The notes: generated by a model not told the origin, from the sequence alone. 38,167 nt of DNA from Candidatus Hodarchaeota archaeon (GCA_016839815.1 JAEOTM010000037.1:1-38167), one strand, 5' to 3'. Positions 1 to 10,221 are shown, numbered from the stretch's first letter. Program-made: numbers and translations.

Positions 1-594
1 ATACAATAACATTTTCTTTTCCTTGGCATATTCGACCTGTTCTTTTAAAAAATCACGGTAACCAAGAATAGTTGCGCCATCAAAGTTTCTTAGCTCTGAA
101 AGTCTTCTAAGTGAACAAGCATGCGATAATCTAGACTCATTTACCTCTTCATAAAGATCTAAATGTGCATCAATGAATATAGTATGAAAAGGAATGTTAA
201 GCTTCTCGTATGCATTACCTACACCTATGGTTGTGCTATGATCACCTCCCATGATTAAAAATGGAATATCAAAAGAGATTAGATCAGCTATACCTTCACT
301 CACACGTTGCAAGCTTCTTTCAATTTCAGTATTTATAATTCCAATATTTCCCCAATCCTTAAGACGGAAATATTTTGTCAGATCTACTCCCTTCTCAGAA
401 ACACACTCAAAATTCTCTGATAATAGCGCTCTTCTTAGATTTTCAGGACCAAAACGAGATCCAAGACGATACGAGGATGAAATATCTAATGGTACACCTA
501 AAAGATTATAGTTATGTGTTTTGTCTTTCCAATGGGGTCTAATTAGCCCACAAAATGATTGGGGGTGGTGAGACACAAAATCTAGATTATTCAC
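1..594 (-). CDS. speB: Agmatinase / ureohydrolase (arginase family), 3' end runs off the window
   Basis: Not in the ORF track. Manual minus-strand translation from GTG at 594 gives ...LLGVPLDISSSYRLGSRFGPENLRRA...GGDHSTT...IFIDAHLDL, the hallmark ureohydrolase motifs. Confidence 0.88.
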   Translation of the reverse strand, partial: MNNLDFVSHHPQSFCGLIRPHWKDKTHNYNLLGVPLDISSSYRLGSRFGPENLRRALLSENFECVSEKGVDLTKYFRLKDWGNIGIINTEIERSLQRVSEGIADLISFDIPFLIMGGDHSTTIGVGNAYEKLNIPFHTIFIDAHLDLYEEVNESRLSHACSLRRLSELRNFDGATILGYRDFLKEQVEYAKEKKMLLY

Positions 595-705
595 AAGGGA
601 TCACACTAAAAGACCTTTCTAATACAAATATAAAAATAATTTCCTGATAAGAGAATTAAGTAAGTTTTGGGATTCATTAAGTATGTAATAGGAGATAATA
701 CTGTT

Positions 706-1989
706 TTGCACCTGGAAAAAGAAGATAAAGAGAAAGTAAAGTATTTATTACTTGATTACAAAGATAATATACTACATTTCAATGGAATAAATTTGGAGGA
801 GTTATTAAAGAAGTATAAAACGCCAATTTTTCTTTTTTCTCAAGAAATCCTAGAAATGCAATATGATAGAATTAACGAGATATTTTCTTCTCTTAATATA
901 GATTCTCTAAAAATCGCATTTTCGGTTAAATCAAATCCAGTACCACGAGTTGCTCAAACATTTGCTAAAAAGGGGAGTTATTTTGAAGCTACTTCGTTAG
1001 GAGAAGTAAAACATGTTCTTGCAAATGGAGGAGTTCCAAATCATATAATATTTACGAATATCGTGAAGACTGTCTCGGCGATAAAATTTTCTCTTGAACA
1101 CGGAGTGGGCCTTTTTGCGGTGGACTCTTGGAGTGATATGCTGAATATTGAAAGAGTTTGCAAGTCATTACAGTTAAAATCTAATGTATTATTACGTGTA
1201 AATCCTGGGACTCTTCTAGATGACACATTATTTTCATGTACAGGAATCAATAGTAAGATCGGAATTCTTAATTCCAATAACTTGGATAATGATTCATTAC
1301 TTAGATCTATCCTAGATTATTGTTTAAATTCCAAATGGCTATCATTTAGAGGCCTGCATGTTCATTTGGGAAGTCAAATCATAAATCTAGATCAATATCG
1401 AGAGGGAATGCGGAGAATAAGTCAGCTCATATCTCAAATCGAAAATTTGGGGACTAAAGTCAAAATACTTGATATTGGAGGTGGATTTCCTGTAAATTAT
1501 GGAGGAAAAGAAATTCCTCCAGTCGAAAAATTTAGGGATGTAATCCAAGAGGTATTCAATGGTCAATTATCATCACTAGAGCTGATTCTTGAGTCAGGAC
1601 GATATCTAACAGCTCCTGCAAGTATTCTAGTCTTTCAAATAGCTATAATCAAAGAAATAAATCCCTTTTTAAATATTGCATGCGTTAATGGAAGCTTTTA
1701 CAACACAATCCCAGATGTAATAATTGCAGATTGGTTTTTCCCAATTAAAAACGTGAAACACAATAAGAACTCACCTATTAAACCTTATCGCATTGTAGGT
1801 TCGAGCAATGATACCTTAGATTTATATCATGGTCAGAATAAGAAAGATAATACGGTACTCCTTCCTAAATTAGAGGAAGGCGACAATATTGCATTTTTAC
1901 AGGTAGGAGCATACTCAATATCATTTAATTCAACATATTGTATGGAAGAAAGACCTTTAGTACATTTTATTGACAATAGTAGTCAATAA
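706..1989 (+). CDS. PLP-dependent fold-type III (Orn/Lys/Arg/DAP) decarboxylase
   Basis: Motifs FSVKSN (PLP Lys), HVHLGSQ, DIGGGF, ESGRY and GAYS. The ORF track starts at 667, but TTG at 706 follows a GGAG SD-like site. Substrate is uncertain. Confidence 0.85.
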   Translation: MHLEKEDKEKVKYLLLDYKDNILHFNGINLEELLKKYKTPIFLFSQEILEMQYDRINEIFSSLNIDSLKIAFSVKSNPVPRVAQTFAKKGSYFEATSLGEVKHVLANGGVPNHIIFTNIVKTVSAIKFSLEHGVGLFAVDSWSDMLNIERVCKSLQLKSNVLLRVNPGTLLDDTLFSCTGINSKIGILNSNNLDNDSLLRSILDYCLNSKWLSFRGLHVHLGSQIINLDQYREGMRRISQLISQIENLGTKVKILDIGGGFPVNYGGKEIPPVEKFRDVIQEVFNGQLSSLELILESGRYLTAPASILVFQIAIIKEINPFLNIACVNGSFYNTIPDVIIADWFFPIKNVKHNKNSPIKPYRIVGSSNDTLDLYHGQNKKDNTVLLPKLEEGDNIAFLQVGAYSISFNSTYCMEERPLVHFIDNSSQ

Positions 1990-2170
1990 TGATTGATCTT
2001 GGGTTATTCCTAAAAAGGGATAGAATTAGATTTGTCATTGATAGTGTGACCTTTTGAAATCAGTTTCTCAAAAAATTTGAAATAGATATTCATCTGTACC
2101 AGTGAACCCCGAAATCAATATAATCAGAAACTATATAATTTATCAGGATAATAGAAGAGTTTTATAGATT

Positions 2171-3088
2171 ATGAAATTGCACAAAATGAAACAGGTCGAT
2201 ATTACCGCAAATATGACTGTTACGGAACTATTAGATTCGATGAAAAATGGAGGATTCACTTGTCGAAAAGTTGCCCTCGCTACTGATCTTTTTTTGGACA
2301 TGATTAGAGATGAATCATGTACCACATTTTTAGGTTTAGCAGGTGCTCTTATACCAGGTGGAATGCGAAAAGTACTTTATAAAATAATCGAAAAGGAAAT
2401 GGTTGATTGTATTATAACTACAGGTGCAAATTTGAGTCATGATCTGTTGGAAACCTCAGGAGGATCTCATTTTCATGGAAATATTGAATTAGATGATGCA
2501 AAAATTAAAGAACTTGATGTTAGTAAAATTTTTGATACATTTGTCTCATATGAATCCTTCGTAAAATTCGAAAACCTTGTTCAGAAAATACTCGATAATA
2601 TCCCAAATGAACCAATGAGTACCCGTCAGTTTATTTATGAGATTGGACGGTATGTAACTGACCCAAATTCCATAGTTAAATTAGCTCATGACAAAAAAAT
2701 CCCTATTTTTGCCCCATCATTTGCTGATAGTATGCTGGGTGTACAATCGTGGCTTTTTTCACAAATGAAGCCATTAAAAATTGATGTGTTAAAAGATCAT
2801 ACTGAATTTTCAAAGATAATATACGAATCAAAGAAAATGGGGGCAATGATCCTTGGAGGGGGAGTTCCAAAACATTTCATCATGAACGGATCACAATTAC
2901 ATGATGGATTAAGTTATGCAGTTCAAATTACAATGGATCGTCCGGAACATGGAGGAGTTAGTGGTGCATCGATTAAGGAGGCAGTTTCATGGGGAAAAGT
3001 AGCATCCGATGCAAAATGGATAGACATAATGGGGGATGTAACATTAGTTCTCCCACTCATAATTACGGGAGTCCTTTCGAGACTATAA
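2171..3088 (+). CDS. dys: Deoxyhypusine synthase
   Basis: Motifs TTGANLSHD, GGGVPKH and GGVSGA..EAVSWGK (active-site Lys). Confidence 0.93.
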   Translation: MKLHKMKQVDITANMTVTELLDSMKNGGFTCRKVALATDLFLDMIRDESCTTFLGLAGALIPGGMRKVLYKIIEKEMVDCIITTGANLSHDLLETSGGSHFHGNIELDDAKIKELDVSKIFDTFVSYESFVKFENLVQKILDNIPNEPMSTRQFIYEIGRYVTDPNSIVKLAHDKKIPIFAPSFADSMLGVQSWLFSQMKPLKIDVLKDHTEFSKIIYESKKMGAMILGGGVPKHFIMNGSQLHDGLSYAVQITMDRPEHGGVSGASIKEAVSWGKVASDAKWIDIMGDVTLVLPLIITGVLSRL

Positions 3089-3109
3089 CATCGAGGAAAT
3101 GAAAACTTT

Positions 3110-4489
3110 ATGCTCAAGGAATATCATATCGGTATTGATGATACTGATTCTCATGAAGGTATGTGTACAACGTATTTAGCAACTCTACTAGTAAACACTT
3201 TAGAAAAATATGAAGTAGACTTCCTTGATTTTCCAAGATTAGTCAGATTGAATCCAAATATACCCTACAAAACCCGAGGAAACGGTTCAGTCTCGATCAG
3301 TTTTATTACAACAGCTCACAAAATTGATGAGATTTGGGAAGAGTGTATAAACTTAGTCAGAATACACTCAGACATTAAAGCGCCAAATACTGATCCGGGA
3401 CTCGTCTTACTAGTAGGAAAACCAGACTCTACCATCAAAAAAGTCTACCAAGATGCATTATTTTCAGTTATATCCATTAAGAGAATGAAAGATATATTAA
3501 ACAAAGAATTTAAAGGAAGATTTTTTAATATTAAAAAAGGGAGAGGTTTAATTGGAGCATCTGCAGCAATTGGTGTAGATCTTCAATCCGATTATACATT
3601 TGAATTCATCGCTTATAGGGATCCTGACATAAAAACTTCTAAAAGAGCGATTGATAAGCAATCTGTAATTATGGCAGATAAATCAATTGACCTGTCTTTT
3701 GGAAATTTTGATTATGCGCATAACCAACTTATGATAGCTCCTCACGGTCCAGATCCAGTTTATGTGGGAATCAGAGGTGAGTCAGTTAAATCAGTTATAG
3801 ATATGTGGTGTAAGATAAGAATTCAAGAGACAATGAAAGACCTAATGATATTCAGATCAAATCAACATACTGGTCCTCATTTTCCCAAAGAGTTTAGGGG
3901 AAATGAGATTAAACCATATTATTCCGTCAAAGTAAGAGGAAGGGTCGATTCAAATCCTTATTTAATAGAGGGAGGGCACGTTTTATTTCCAATGGTTTCA
4001 AATGGAGAATCTATTAACTGTGCAGCTTACGAACCAACGAAAAAGTTTAGGAGTATTGTGAGGGAGTTAGTTAAAGGAGATGATATTATTGTTTACGGAG
4101 GAGTTCGTCCTGCTTCCGACAAGTATCCCATAACAATTAATCTAGAGCATTTTGAGGTTCAAAACCTGAAACAACATTCTTCTCGTATTCCATTGAAATG
4201 TCCCCAATGTAATAGCCCATTAAAATCTCTGGGATTAAACCAAGGTTTTCGGTGTAAGAGATGTGAATATGAAATTAATGAGAAAAAATTAGGATACCAG
4301 CCTAAAAAACGTGGGTTGTATTCAGGTATTAGATATACAGTACCTATCTGTGCGCAACGTCATTTGACCAAGCCCATATTACGAGATACAATTCGACAAT
4401 TCTATGTACCTTCGAAAATACAATTTAAAATGGAATTTAAGGAATTCTTATCTATTCGGAAGGATTTGGTTGAAAAAACCGCTATTTGA
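3110..4489 (+). CDS. tiaS: tRNA(Ile2) 2-agmatinylcytidine synthetase
   Basis: Motifs IGIDDTD, GMCTTY, RLVRLNPNIPYKTRGNG, GRGLIGA and AYEPTK, a C-terminal Zn ribbon (CPQC..CKRC), and RHLTKP. Confidence 0.95.
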   Translation: MLKEYHIGIDDTDSHEGMCTTYLATLLVNTLEKYEVDFLDFPRLVRLNPNIPYKTRGNGSVSISFITTAHKIDEIWEECINLVRIHSDIKAPNTDPGLVLLVGKPDSTIKKVYQDALFSVISIKRMKDILNKEFKGRFFNIKKGRGLIGASAAIGVDLQSDYTFEFIAYRDPDIKTSKRAIDKQSVIMADKSIDLSFGNFDYAHNQLMIAPHGPDPVYVGIRGESVKSVIDMWCKIRIQETMKDLMIFRSNQHTGPHFPKEFRGNEIKPYYSVKVRGRVDSNPYLIEGGHVLFPMVSNGESINCAAYEPTKKFRSIVRELVKGDDIIVYGGVRPASDKYPITINLEHFEVQNLKQHSSRIPLKCPQCNSPLKSLGLNQGFRCKRCEYEINEKKLGYQPKKRGLYSGIRYTVPICAQRHLTKPILRDTIRQFYVPSKIQFKMEFKEFLSIRKDLVEKTAI

Positions 4490-4499
4490 GGGAAAAATA

Positions 4500-5894
4500 A
4501 TGAATACTAAGTCTTTCGTTCAAGCGGAATTTAGTAGGGCATGGAAAGAATGGATTCATGGACATGATAATGAAGCAGCAGAAATTTGGTATTCAATTCT
4601 ACGAAAGTACCCCGAATCGGAGAATGATGAGATTACAATTGATGTGATAAATTACCTAGCTATGTATGAGAGAATATGGGAAGGAAGAATGGAGACTGAA
4701 ATCGATATAATCCGAAATATGAGAAATGCGGAAATTCTTAATTATTCGAAAGGAAAAGCTGATGCACTAATAGAAATAGCGCTTCGATCCAAGTCACAGG
4801 AGGATACTCTTAACGAATTTCAGACCGCTCAAGAAATATATGAGCATCTGGATGATAAAGAAGGACTAATTAAATCAAATTACCAATATGGTATGCATTT
4901 TGTTAATCGTGGAATTGGTAGATTCGGCCATATATTTAATAAATTCCAAGTTGCACTCCAATTTGCTATTGAGACTAATCGGAAATATTACAAAGCTCTG
5001 ATACATCATGGAATTGGGGAAGCATTCCTTCGATTAGAAAACATTGGGGAGGCTAGTCATCATTTCGATATCGCGTCCCAAATTTTTCAATATTTGAGCA
5101 ATGAAAGAAAAGTAATCGAATTACTAGTAGCAAAAGCAGATGTAGAATCCCAAAAACAACAAAATGTTACATCTGAAACATTAAAATCTCTCTATGAAGA
5201 GTTTACAACTAGAATAGAATCAATTAAAGGTAAAATTCCCAAAACTGCATTGTTCAGTCATTTATCTAGGTTTTGTGAATTATTTCTCGACTTTGAAGAT
5301 TATAAACAAATAGACATCCTTGTAGAAGAGCTGGATGCAATACTAAGACAAGCAAATATAAACTCTAGGTTATATTTCCAAGGAAAAATGTCACTAGCTC
5401 TGATAAAAGGCAATATTCAGCTAAAAAAACTTAATCTTACGAATGCTGAAGATTTGTATAATTATATTATACGTCGACGCGGAGAAGCCAAGATAACAGA
5501 TCTTTATGGTGCATTAATCAGTTTAGCTATAATCTCTCTCTATAAGTATCGGATATTCTTTGATACGACTCACCTCTCTAAAGCTCAAGAATTAACACAA
5601 GAAGCAATCAATATTTCTGAAACGACAGATCACGTCAGAGGATATTTACGAGCAAATGTTGTAAATGTGATGCTAAAGCTTTCAGTGGGAAATCTTGATG
5701 ATATTGAGGAAATGGAACAAATTATTCAATCAGCTCAAGAAAAAGGTCTTGTAACTGAAGCACAAAGAGCACAGAAAGAAATAAATCGTTTAAAGCGCAT
5801 GATCAGGACAGAAAGTTTAACAGAAGGGAGATCTGTAGAAAAGATTTTACAATACGCCCTAGAAGCTAAAAGACTAGTATTGAAAAATCAATAA
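4500..5894 (+). CDS. Tetratricopeptide-repeat (alpha-solenoid) protein
   Basis: Helical repeats such as ALIHHGIGEAFLRLENIGEASHHFDIASQIF. ATG at 4500 lies just after the tiaS stop; the ORF-track start at 4404 overlaps tiaS. Confidence 0.65.
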   Translation: MNTKSFVQAEFSRAWKEWIHGHDNEAAEIWYSILRKYPESENDEITIDVINYLAMYERIWEGRMETEIDIIRNMRNAEILNYSKGKADALIEIALRSKSQEDTLNEFQTAQEIYEHLDDKEGLIKSNYQYGMHFVNRGIGRFGHIFNKFQVALQFAIETNRKYYKALIHHGIGEAFLRLENIGEASHHFDIASQIFQYLSNERKVIELLVAKADVESQKQQNVTSETLKSLYEEFTTRIESIKGKIPKTALFSHLSRFCELFLDFEDYKQIDILVEELDAILRQANINSRLYFQGKMSLALIKGNIQLKKLNLTNAEDLYNYIIRRRGEAKITDLYGALISLAIISLYKYRIFFDTTHLSKAQELTQEAINISETTDHVRGYLRANVVNVMLKLSVGNLDDIEEMEQIIQSAQEKGLVTEAQRAQKEINRLKRMIRTESLTEGRSVEKILQYALEAKRLVLKNQ

Positions 5895-6153
5895 GCCTAT
5901 CACGATGAATAAGATAAGGGTAGATAAAATTTAATAAATGAACAGCTAAAATAATTCTGAGTAACTACAGGATTAATACTCTATTGTCTTTCTAAGTCAG
6001 TAATTAAACTACCCATACGAGAACATAAAACAGAAAAATAATTTCGTTTTGATGAAGAAGAACTAAGGGTTATATTTCTTAGTTCTGAATAGGATGATAA
6101 AGAAGGCATACACGGTGTTCTTCCTAAATTTTGTAAGTAATTTTTTGGTCGAA

Positions 6154-6693
6154 ATGTTAAATACTTTCTTAACAACATTGGCAGCTTTTCCTCCGAGGCA
6201 ACCCCCTTTATCATCGATTTTCATTTTAATAGTCGCTTTCTTTGTGTCTCTTGGATCCACTCTGATATCTAGATATATGATAGACATAGATCGTTTAACA
6301 GTCTTAACAAGAGAAACAAAAAAGCACAATAAAATGCGAATGGAAATGATGAGAACTGCTGATACGAAGTTAAAGCTCAAATATGAGAGAAATGCTGATA
6401 AAATGAAGAAACTACAATCAGAACTAACTTCAATGAGAATGAAACCATTACTAATTACATTCCTTCCCTTGATGATATTTTTTGTCCTTCTCTCTAACAT
6501 TTACAGAGGTGAAGCAATTCCAGCAGTTATTCCTTTTGCTCTACCAGAAGCTATAATATTACGTATTGGTTCAAATACCTATGTGGAAGGATGGGGAAAA
6601 GTTTTTCGTCCTGATTATGTCTGGTGGTATTTTGGAGGAAGTATAACATTCGGATCAATCTTTCAGAAGTTAGCTGGTCTACAACCTGATTAA
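6154..6693 (+). CDS. EMC3/TMCO1 (DUF106, Oxa1-superfamily) membrane protein
   Basis: TM helix, coiled coil, MKPLLITFLP and a WWYF motif, in the usual position before eL34. Start refined from 6094. Confidence 0.85.
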   Translation: MLNTFLTTLAAFPPRQPPLSSIFILIVAFFVSLGSTLISRYMIDIDRLTVLTRETKKHNKMRMEMMRTADTKLKLKYERNADKMKKLQSELTSMRMKPLLITFLPLMIFFVLLSNIYRGEAIPAVIPFALPEAIILRIGSNTYVEGWGKVFRPDYVWWYFGGSITFGSIFQKLAGLQPD

Positions 6694-6711
6694 TTATCCA
6701 AAAGGTGAAAC

Positions 6712-6933
6712 TTGATGACTAAAAATATAATGAAAAAGAAAACTCCAGGTGGACGAATTGTTACTCACAAGGTGAAGAAGGTATCGTCCTCTTCTCACTG
6801 TCGTATCTGCGGAAGTTCATTGCGTACAAACAAAAAGTCGAAAACGAAAAGCGGAAAACGAGTTGCCAGACCACTCAGTGCAGAACTTTGTCCCGCATGC
6901 TTGAAATCATCTATACAAATGGTTGAACTATAA
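6712..6933 (+). CDS. rpl34e: 50S ribosomal protein eL34 (L34e)
   Basis: Motifs KTPGGR, CRICG, KRVARP and LCPAC, with a GGTGA SD upstream. Confidence 0.88.
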   Translation: MMTKNIMKKKTPGGRIVTHKVKKVSSSSHCRICGSSLRTNKKSKTKSGKRVARPLSAELCPACLKSSIQMVEL

Positions 6934-6968
6934 AATTCTAAGTAGCATCAGAGAATGAGTGATGTGTA

Positions 6969-7367
6969 ATGAGCCCAAAAAGGAAGAAAAAGATATCATG
7001 TAAGAAGTGCGGAAGGGAAATCAACCCAACTGAAACCCCTCCATTAAAAACATGGCAATTGGTAAGCCCGATGCCAGATAAGGAAGGAAGGGTAACACTT
7101 ACAATTATGGGTTCATTCAGATGCCCAGATTGCAATGCCTCCGTACGGGCCGCACTCAAAAAAGTCCGAGGAGACGAAATGGGTTCGGGAACCTCAAAAA
7201 AGGAATTACTCATTCAGGCGGTAAAACTAATAGAAAAACCTACACCAATCGACGAAATAGAGATTCAAGGTATCTCCTCAAAAGCAGTAGGAAAAGCAAT
7301 AGAGACTCTTATTTCGCAAAAAAGCTTGAATGGGGAAGTGAAAGAAGGAAAATTCTACCCTGAATAA
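6969..7367 (+). CDS. Zn-ribbon / Cren7-like domain fused to a small C-terminal helical (winged-helix-like) domain
   Basis: CKKC...KTWQLVSP...TIMGSFRCPDC resembles the Cren7-type beta architecture. Basic N-terminus. Confidence 0.5.
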   Translation: MSPKRKKKISCKKCGREINPTETPPLKTWQLVSPMPDKEGRVTLTIMGSFRCPDCNASVRAALKKVRGDEMGSGTSKKELLIQAVKLIEKPTPIDEIEIQGISSKAVGKAIETLISQKSLNGEVKEGKFYPE

Positions 7368-8572
7368 TTATCCGACAATGAGCTAGTTTTCATCACTTCT
7401 CTAAGGAAGATAGTCCCATAGGAGCCCTTAGGTAAACTGAAGTGAACCTGCATATTGTCACCAACTGTACAATCCGAAAATAATTTCACATCAGCTGGTC
7501 TTACAATAGCAAATCTTTCTGTTCCTTTAGAATTCAAACTCTTTATCTTCTGGTTGAATGAAGCTGTTTCTAATTCATCCATTGAAAGACAGCCTTGTAT
7601 AAACGATTTAATCTCCAGAGGTGTCTTTTCTAAACTTGTAGAGTATCCAATTACCGGTAATTTTAATTCTGGGTCTAGTTTATAGCTCTGGTTCTGAAGA
7701 TGAGACAGTAACTTGTTAAAAACAAAAGATTGATAAGCAGATACCGCCAGACGGAGAAAGTAGGGCGGAAAAGATTGTACGATTTTCTTTGTCGAATGTC
7801 CTTTCATTAAACCGGATAACATCCTTCTTTCAAACGTGTAGGTACGTGGATATTCGTTGAATATCCCAATTAATGGTTCATTATCTTTGTATTTTTGTCG
7901 TAATTCAGAAATTCTCTCATGTTCAGATTCTGATTCATCTCCAAGATATGAATCAATTGCGCGGGAATACCGTTCCTGGAGTAGAAAACGGCCAATCTTA
8001 TGCATTATGGGTCTTTTTGATCCAAATCGCTGAAGGCCATAATAATTCAAAAATCCGTGAGATTCTGCATCAGAACAAAACTCTCCCAATTCTGATTGAC
8101 TCACTTTTCTCTGAATACTGCGGATAATAACTTGAAACCGATTTCCTATGAGATCTCCAATAAACACTCCAAACTTTTGTTTGATGGGATTGATGATTTT
8201 TAAATTCGGGAAATTTATGTTACCTAAGCAATCTTTACTACCAGCCCATACTGAAATTCTCTGATATGTTTCTGCTTGGGCATCTTTTAATCCTGCGTAA
8301 CCAAAGTCCTTTTCAGAATAGTGACAAATATTAGCAATTTTGTTAATCGCAGTATTTGTATCAATTCCTCGTTTCCATAATACAAAATGTACATACATCC
8401 CTCCGACATCGTCCCCGATTTCTTTCCCAGAAAGAAGAGCTTTCCCATTTGGGATAATCTCTTGAACAATAAAATCTTCTGGAAAGTTTTTGATACTTCC
8501 CCCGATTCCTAGAAAATCTAAAAAGTATCCGTAAATCCCAACTTGATGTTCAAACGGATTGTTACTGTCCAT
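7355..8572 (-). CDS. truD: tRNA pseudouridine(13) synthase TruD
   Basis: Motifs PEDFIVQE, YAGLKD, GNRF, NYYGLQRFG and FSLPKGSYGT. Confidence 0.95.
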   Translation of the reverse strand: MDSNNPFEHQVGIYGYFLDFLGIGGSIKNFPEDFIVQEIIPNGKALLSGKEIGDDVGGMYVHFVLWKRGIDTNTAINKIANICHYSEKDFGYAGLKDAQAETYQRISVWAGSKDCLGNINFPNLKIINPIKQKFGVFIGDLIGNRFQVIIRSIQRKVSQSELGEFCSDAESHGFLNYYGLQRFGSKRPIMHKIGRFLLQERYSRAIDSYLGDESESEHERISELRQKYKDNEPLIGIFNEYPRTYTFERRMLSGLMKGHSTKKIVQSFPPYFLRLAVSAYQSFVFNKLLSHLQNQSYKLDPELKLPVIGYSTSLEKTPLEIKSFIQGCLSMDELETASFNQKIKSLNSKGTERFAIVRPADVKLFSDCTVGDNMQVHFSLPKGSYGTIFLREVMKTSSLSDNYSG

Positions 8573-8578
8573 TATAAT

Positions 8579-9049
8579 TCAAAAGAATTGATCATAAGCG
8601 CCTGAATTGATCTCGTCAATGATTCTTTTGGGTTCCGAATCATCAACAGTCAATCCAATGGAAACACAAGTTCCCACTACTTCTTTCACAGCAGCACGCA
8701 AACTTACAGCGAGCATTGCATTTTGTTTCATTTTAGCTACTTTTATGCATTGCTCGAAGTTAATATTACCAACTTTTTCAGAGTTAGGAGTGCCACTTCC
8801 TTTCTCTACTCCAGCTTCACTTAAGAGTAAGGAGGATGTTGGGGGGACTCCGACAGTAATAGTGAATTTTCGATTATCGTCTACTTCAACAACTATTGGG
8901 ACTTTCATACCTTTAAAATCTTGGGTTTGCTTGTTGATTTCGTCAATAACTGCTTTGATATTTACACCAAGGGGCCCCAGAGCGGGACCAAGAGGTGGCC
9001 CAGGGGTGGCTTGCCCTGCATCAACTAATGCTTCAATTGTTTTCGCCAT
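8579..9049 (-). CDS. rpl11: 50S ribosomal protein uL11
   Basis: MAKTIEALVDAGQATPGPPLGPALGPLG. The true start is ATG at 9049; the ORF track extends to 9199. Confidence 0.96.
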   Translation of the reverse strand: MAKTIEALVDAGQATPGPPLGPALGPLGVNIKAVIDEINKQTQDFKGMKVPIVVEVDDNRKFTITVGVPPTSSLLLSEAGVEKGSGTPNSEKVGNINFEQCIKVAKMKQNAMLAVSLRAAVKEVVGTCVSIGLTVDDSEPKRIIDEINSGAYDQFF

Positions 9050-9393
9050 TTTGTTCACAAGTTTGAATTTAATCGAAAAAAAGCCTAAACCTTTGGAATC
9101 GGTTGATATGCTTGTTATATAAAGGAGATTTAGTTGACAAATTAAGATTTGTTGTATATTCAATCTTACATCTAAAATATTTAACTTGCCTCTTATCAAT
9201 TAAAAGGAAAAGAATCCTACAAAGAGAAATTTGATAATTAAAGAACTCGCTAATATTGGTATAGATGCCCGTGTTTCTCATTTAGGGGAGAGGGAGAAAG
9301 ACCTCAAAACACACAAAAAATAAGTCTAAAAAACCTAGAAGTAGTCTAAAAAATTAAATAAAACCCATTAAATGAATAAGAAGGGATTTTATT

Positions 9394-10053
9394 ATGTCTT
9401 ATGCACCAAATCAATTGGAAGAAGCAATATCCAAAGCCAAGAGTTTAAGTGAGGAAAGAAAACAACGGAAATTTACTGAAACCGTTGAAATTTCCATAGG
9501 CTTACGTGATATTGACTTAAAAAATCCTACGAACCGAATCAATATTGAAACCTTGGTTCCTAACGATTTGGGAGGCGACATTCGTGTTGCCGTCTTTGCT
9601 GAGGGAGACCTCGCAACAAAATCTAAAGAATCAGGATTACAAACCTTAGGTCGAAAGGAAATCGAGCAACTGTCAAAAGAACCAAAACAGGCGAAAAAAT
9701 TCGCTAATCAGTATGCATTCTTTCTTGCAGAACCACCCCTCATGGGAGTTGTAGCAAGGTTTTTAGGAAAAATCCTTGGACCAAGAGGTAAAATGCCAAA
9801 ACCAATACCACCAAAAGTTGATATCGAAAAGTATGTAGAACGATACGGTAGAACAGTTCAGTTAAGACTTAAATCTACCCCAGTTATTAACACAAAAATA
9901 GGGAAAGCAAATTTGGATAACAAAGTGCTATCTGAAAATGCCAATGCAATTCTACAAACGCTTACAGGTAAATTACCAAAAGGATCAACGCAGATTAAAT
10001 CAGTAACCATTAAAACAACAATGGGTCCTTCTGCAAAAGTGGATAAGAGTTAA
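9394..10053 (+). CDS. rpl1: 50S ribosomal protein uL1
   Basis: Motifs RKFTETVEI, LGKILGPRGKMP and KTTMGP. Confidence 0.96.
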   Translation: MSYAPNQLEEAISKAKSLSEERKQRKFTETVEISIGLRDIDLKNPTNRINIETLVPNDLGGDIRVAVFAEGDLATKSKESGLQTLGRKEIEQLSKEPKQAKKFANQYAFFLAEPPLMGVVARFLGKILGPRGKMPKPIPPKVDIEKYVERYGRTVQLRLKSTPVINTKIGKANLDNKVLSENANAILQTLTGKLPKGSTQIKSVTIKTTMGPSAKVDKS

Positions 10054-10062
10054 GGAGTAAGA

Positions 10063-10221
10063 ATGATGGCACGAAATAAACCATTCCCTAAGAAAATTCG
10101 ATTAGGAAAAAAAGGGAAGGAAAATCAGACTGTTCCAACGTGGGTTATAATGAAGACCTCACGACGTGTAACAAATCACCCTAAGAAGAGACGGTGGCGT
10201 AGTACAAAGATCAAACCATAA
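10063..10221 (+). CDS. rpl39e: 50S ribosomal protein eL39
   Basis: Not in the ORF track (52 aa): [59 protein letters not shown] upstream; lies directly before eL31. Confidence 0.93.
   Translation: MMARNKPFPKKIRLGKKGKENQTVPTWVIMKTSRRVTNHPKKRRWRSTKIKP

Noticed and set aside
251-511. 86-aa plus-strand ORF
   Set aside because: Antisense shadow of the agmatinase gene on the minus strand.
706-1989. Annotation as lysA (DAP decarboxylase)
   Set aside because: It lacks the RPxLY and CE motifs, and its context is polyamine-related.
8607-9122. 171-aa plus-strand ORF, and similar antisense ORFs within dys, the EMC3-like gene, ftsY, rpoB, valS, cdc6 and ADH
   Set aside because: They lie opposite well-supported genes and show no recognisable motifs.
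9281-9305. Purine-rich GGGGAGAGGGAGAAAGACCTC as an L1 autoregulatory site
   Set aside because: I could not build the required two-helix structure, and it lies about 90 bp from the start codon.
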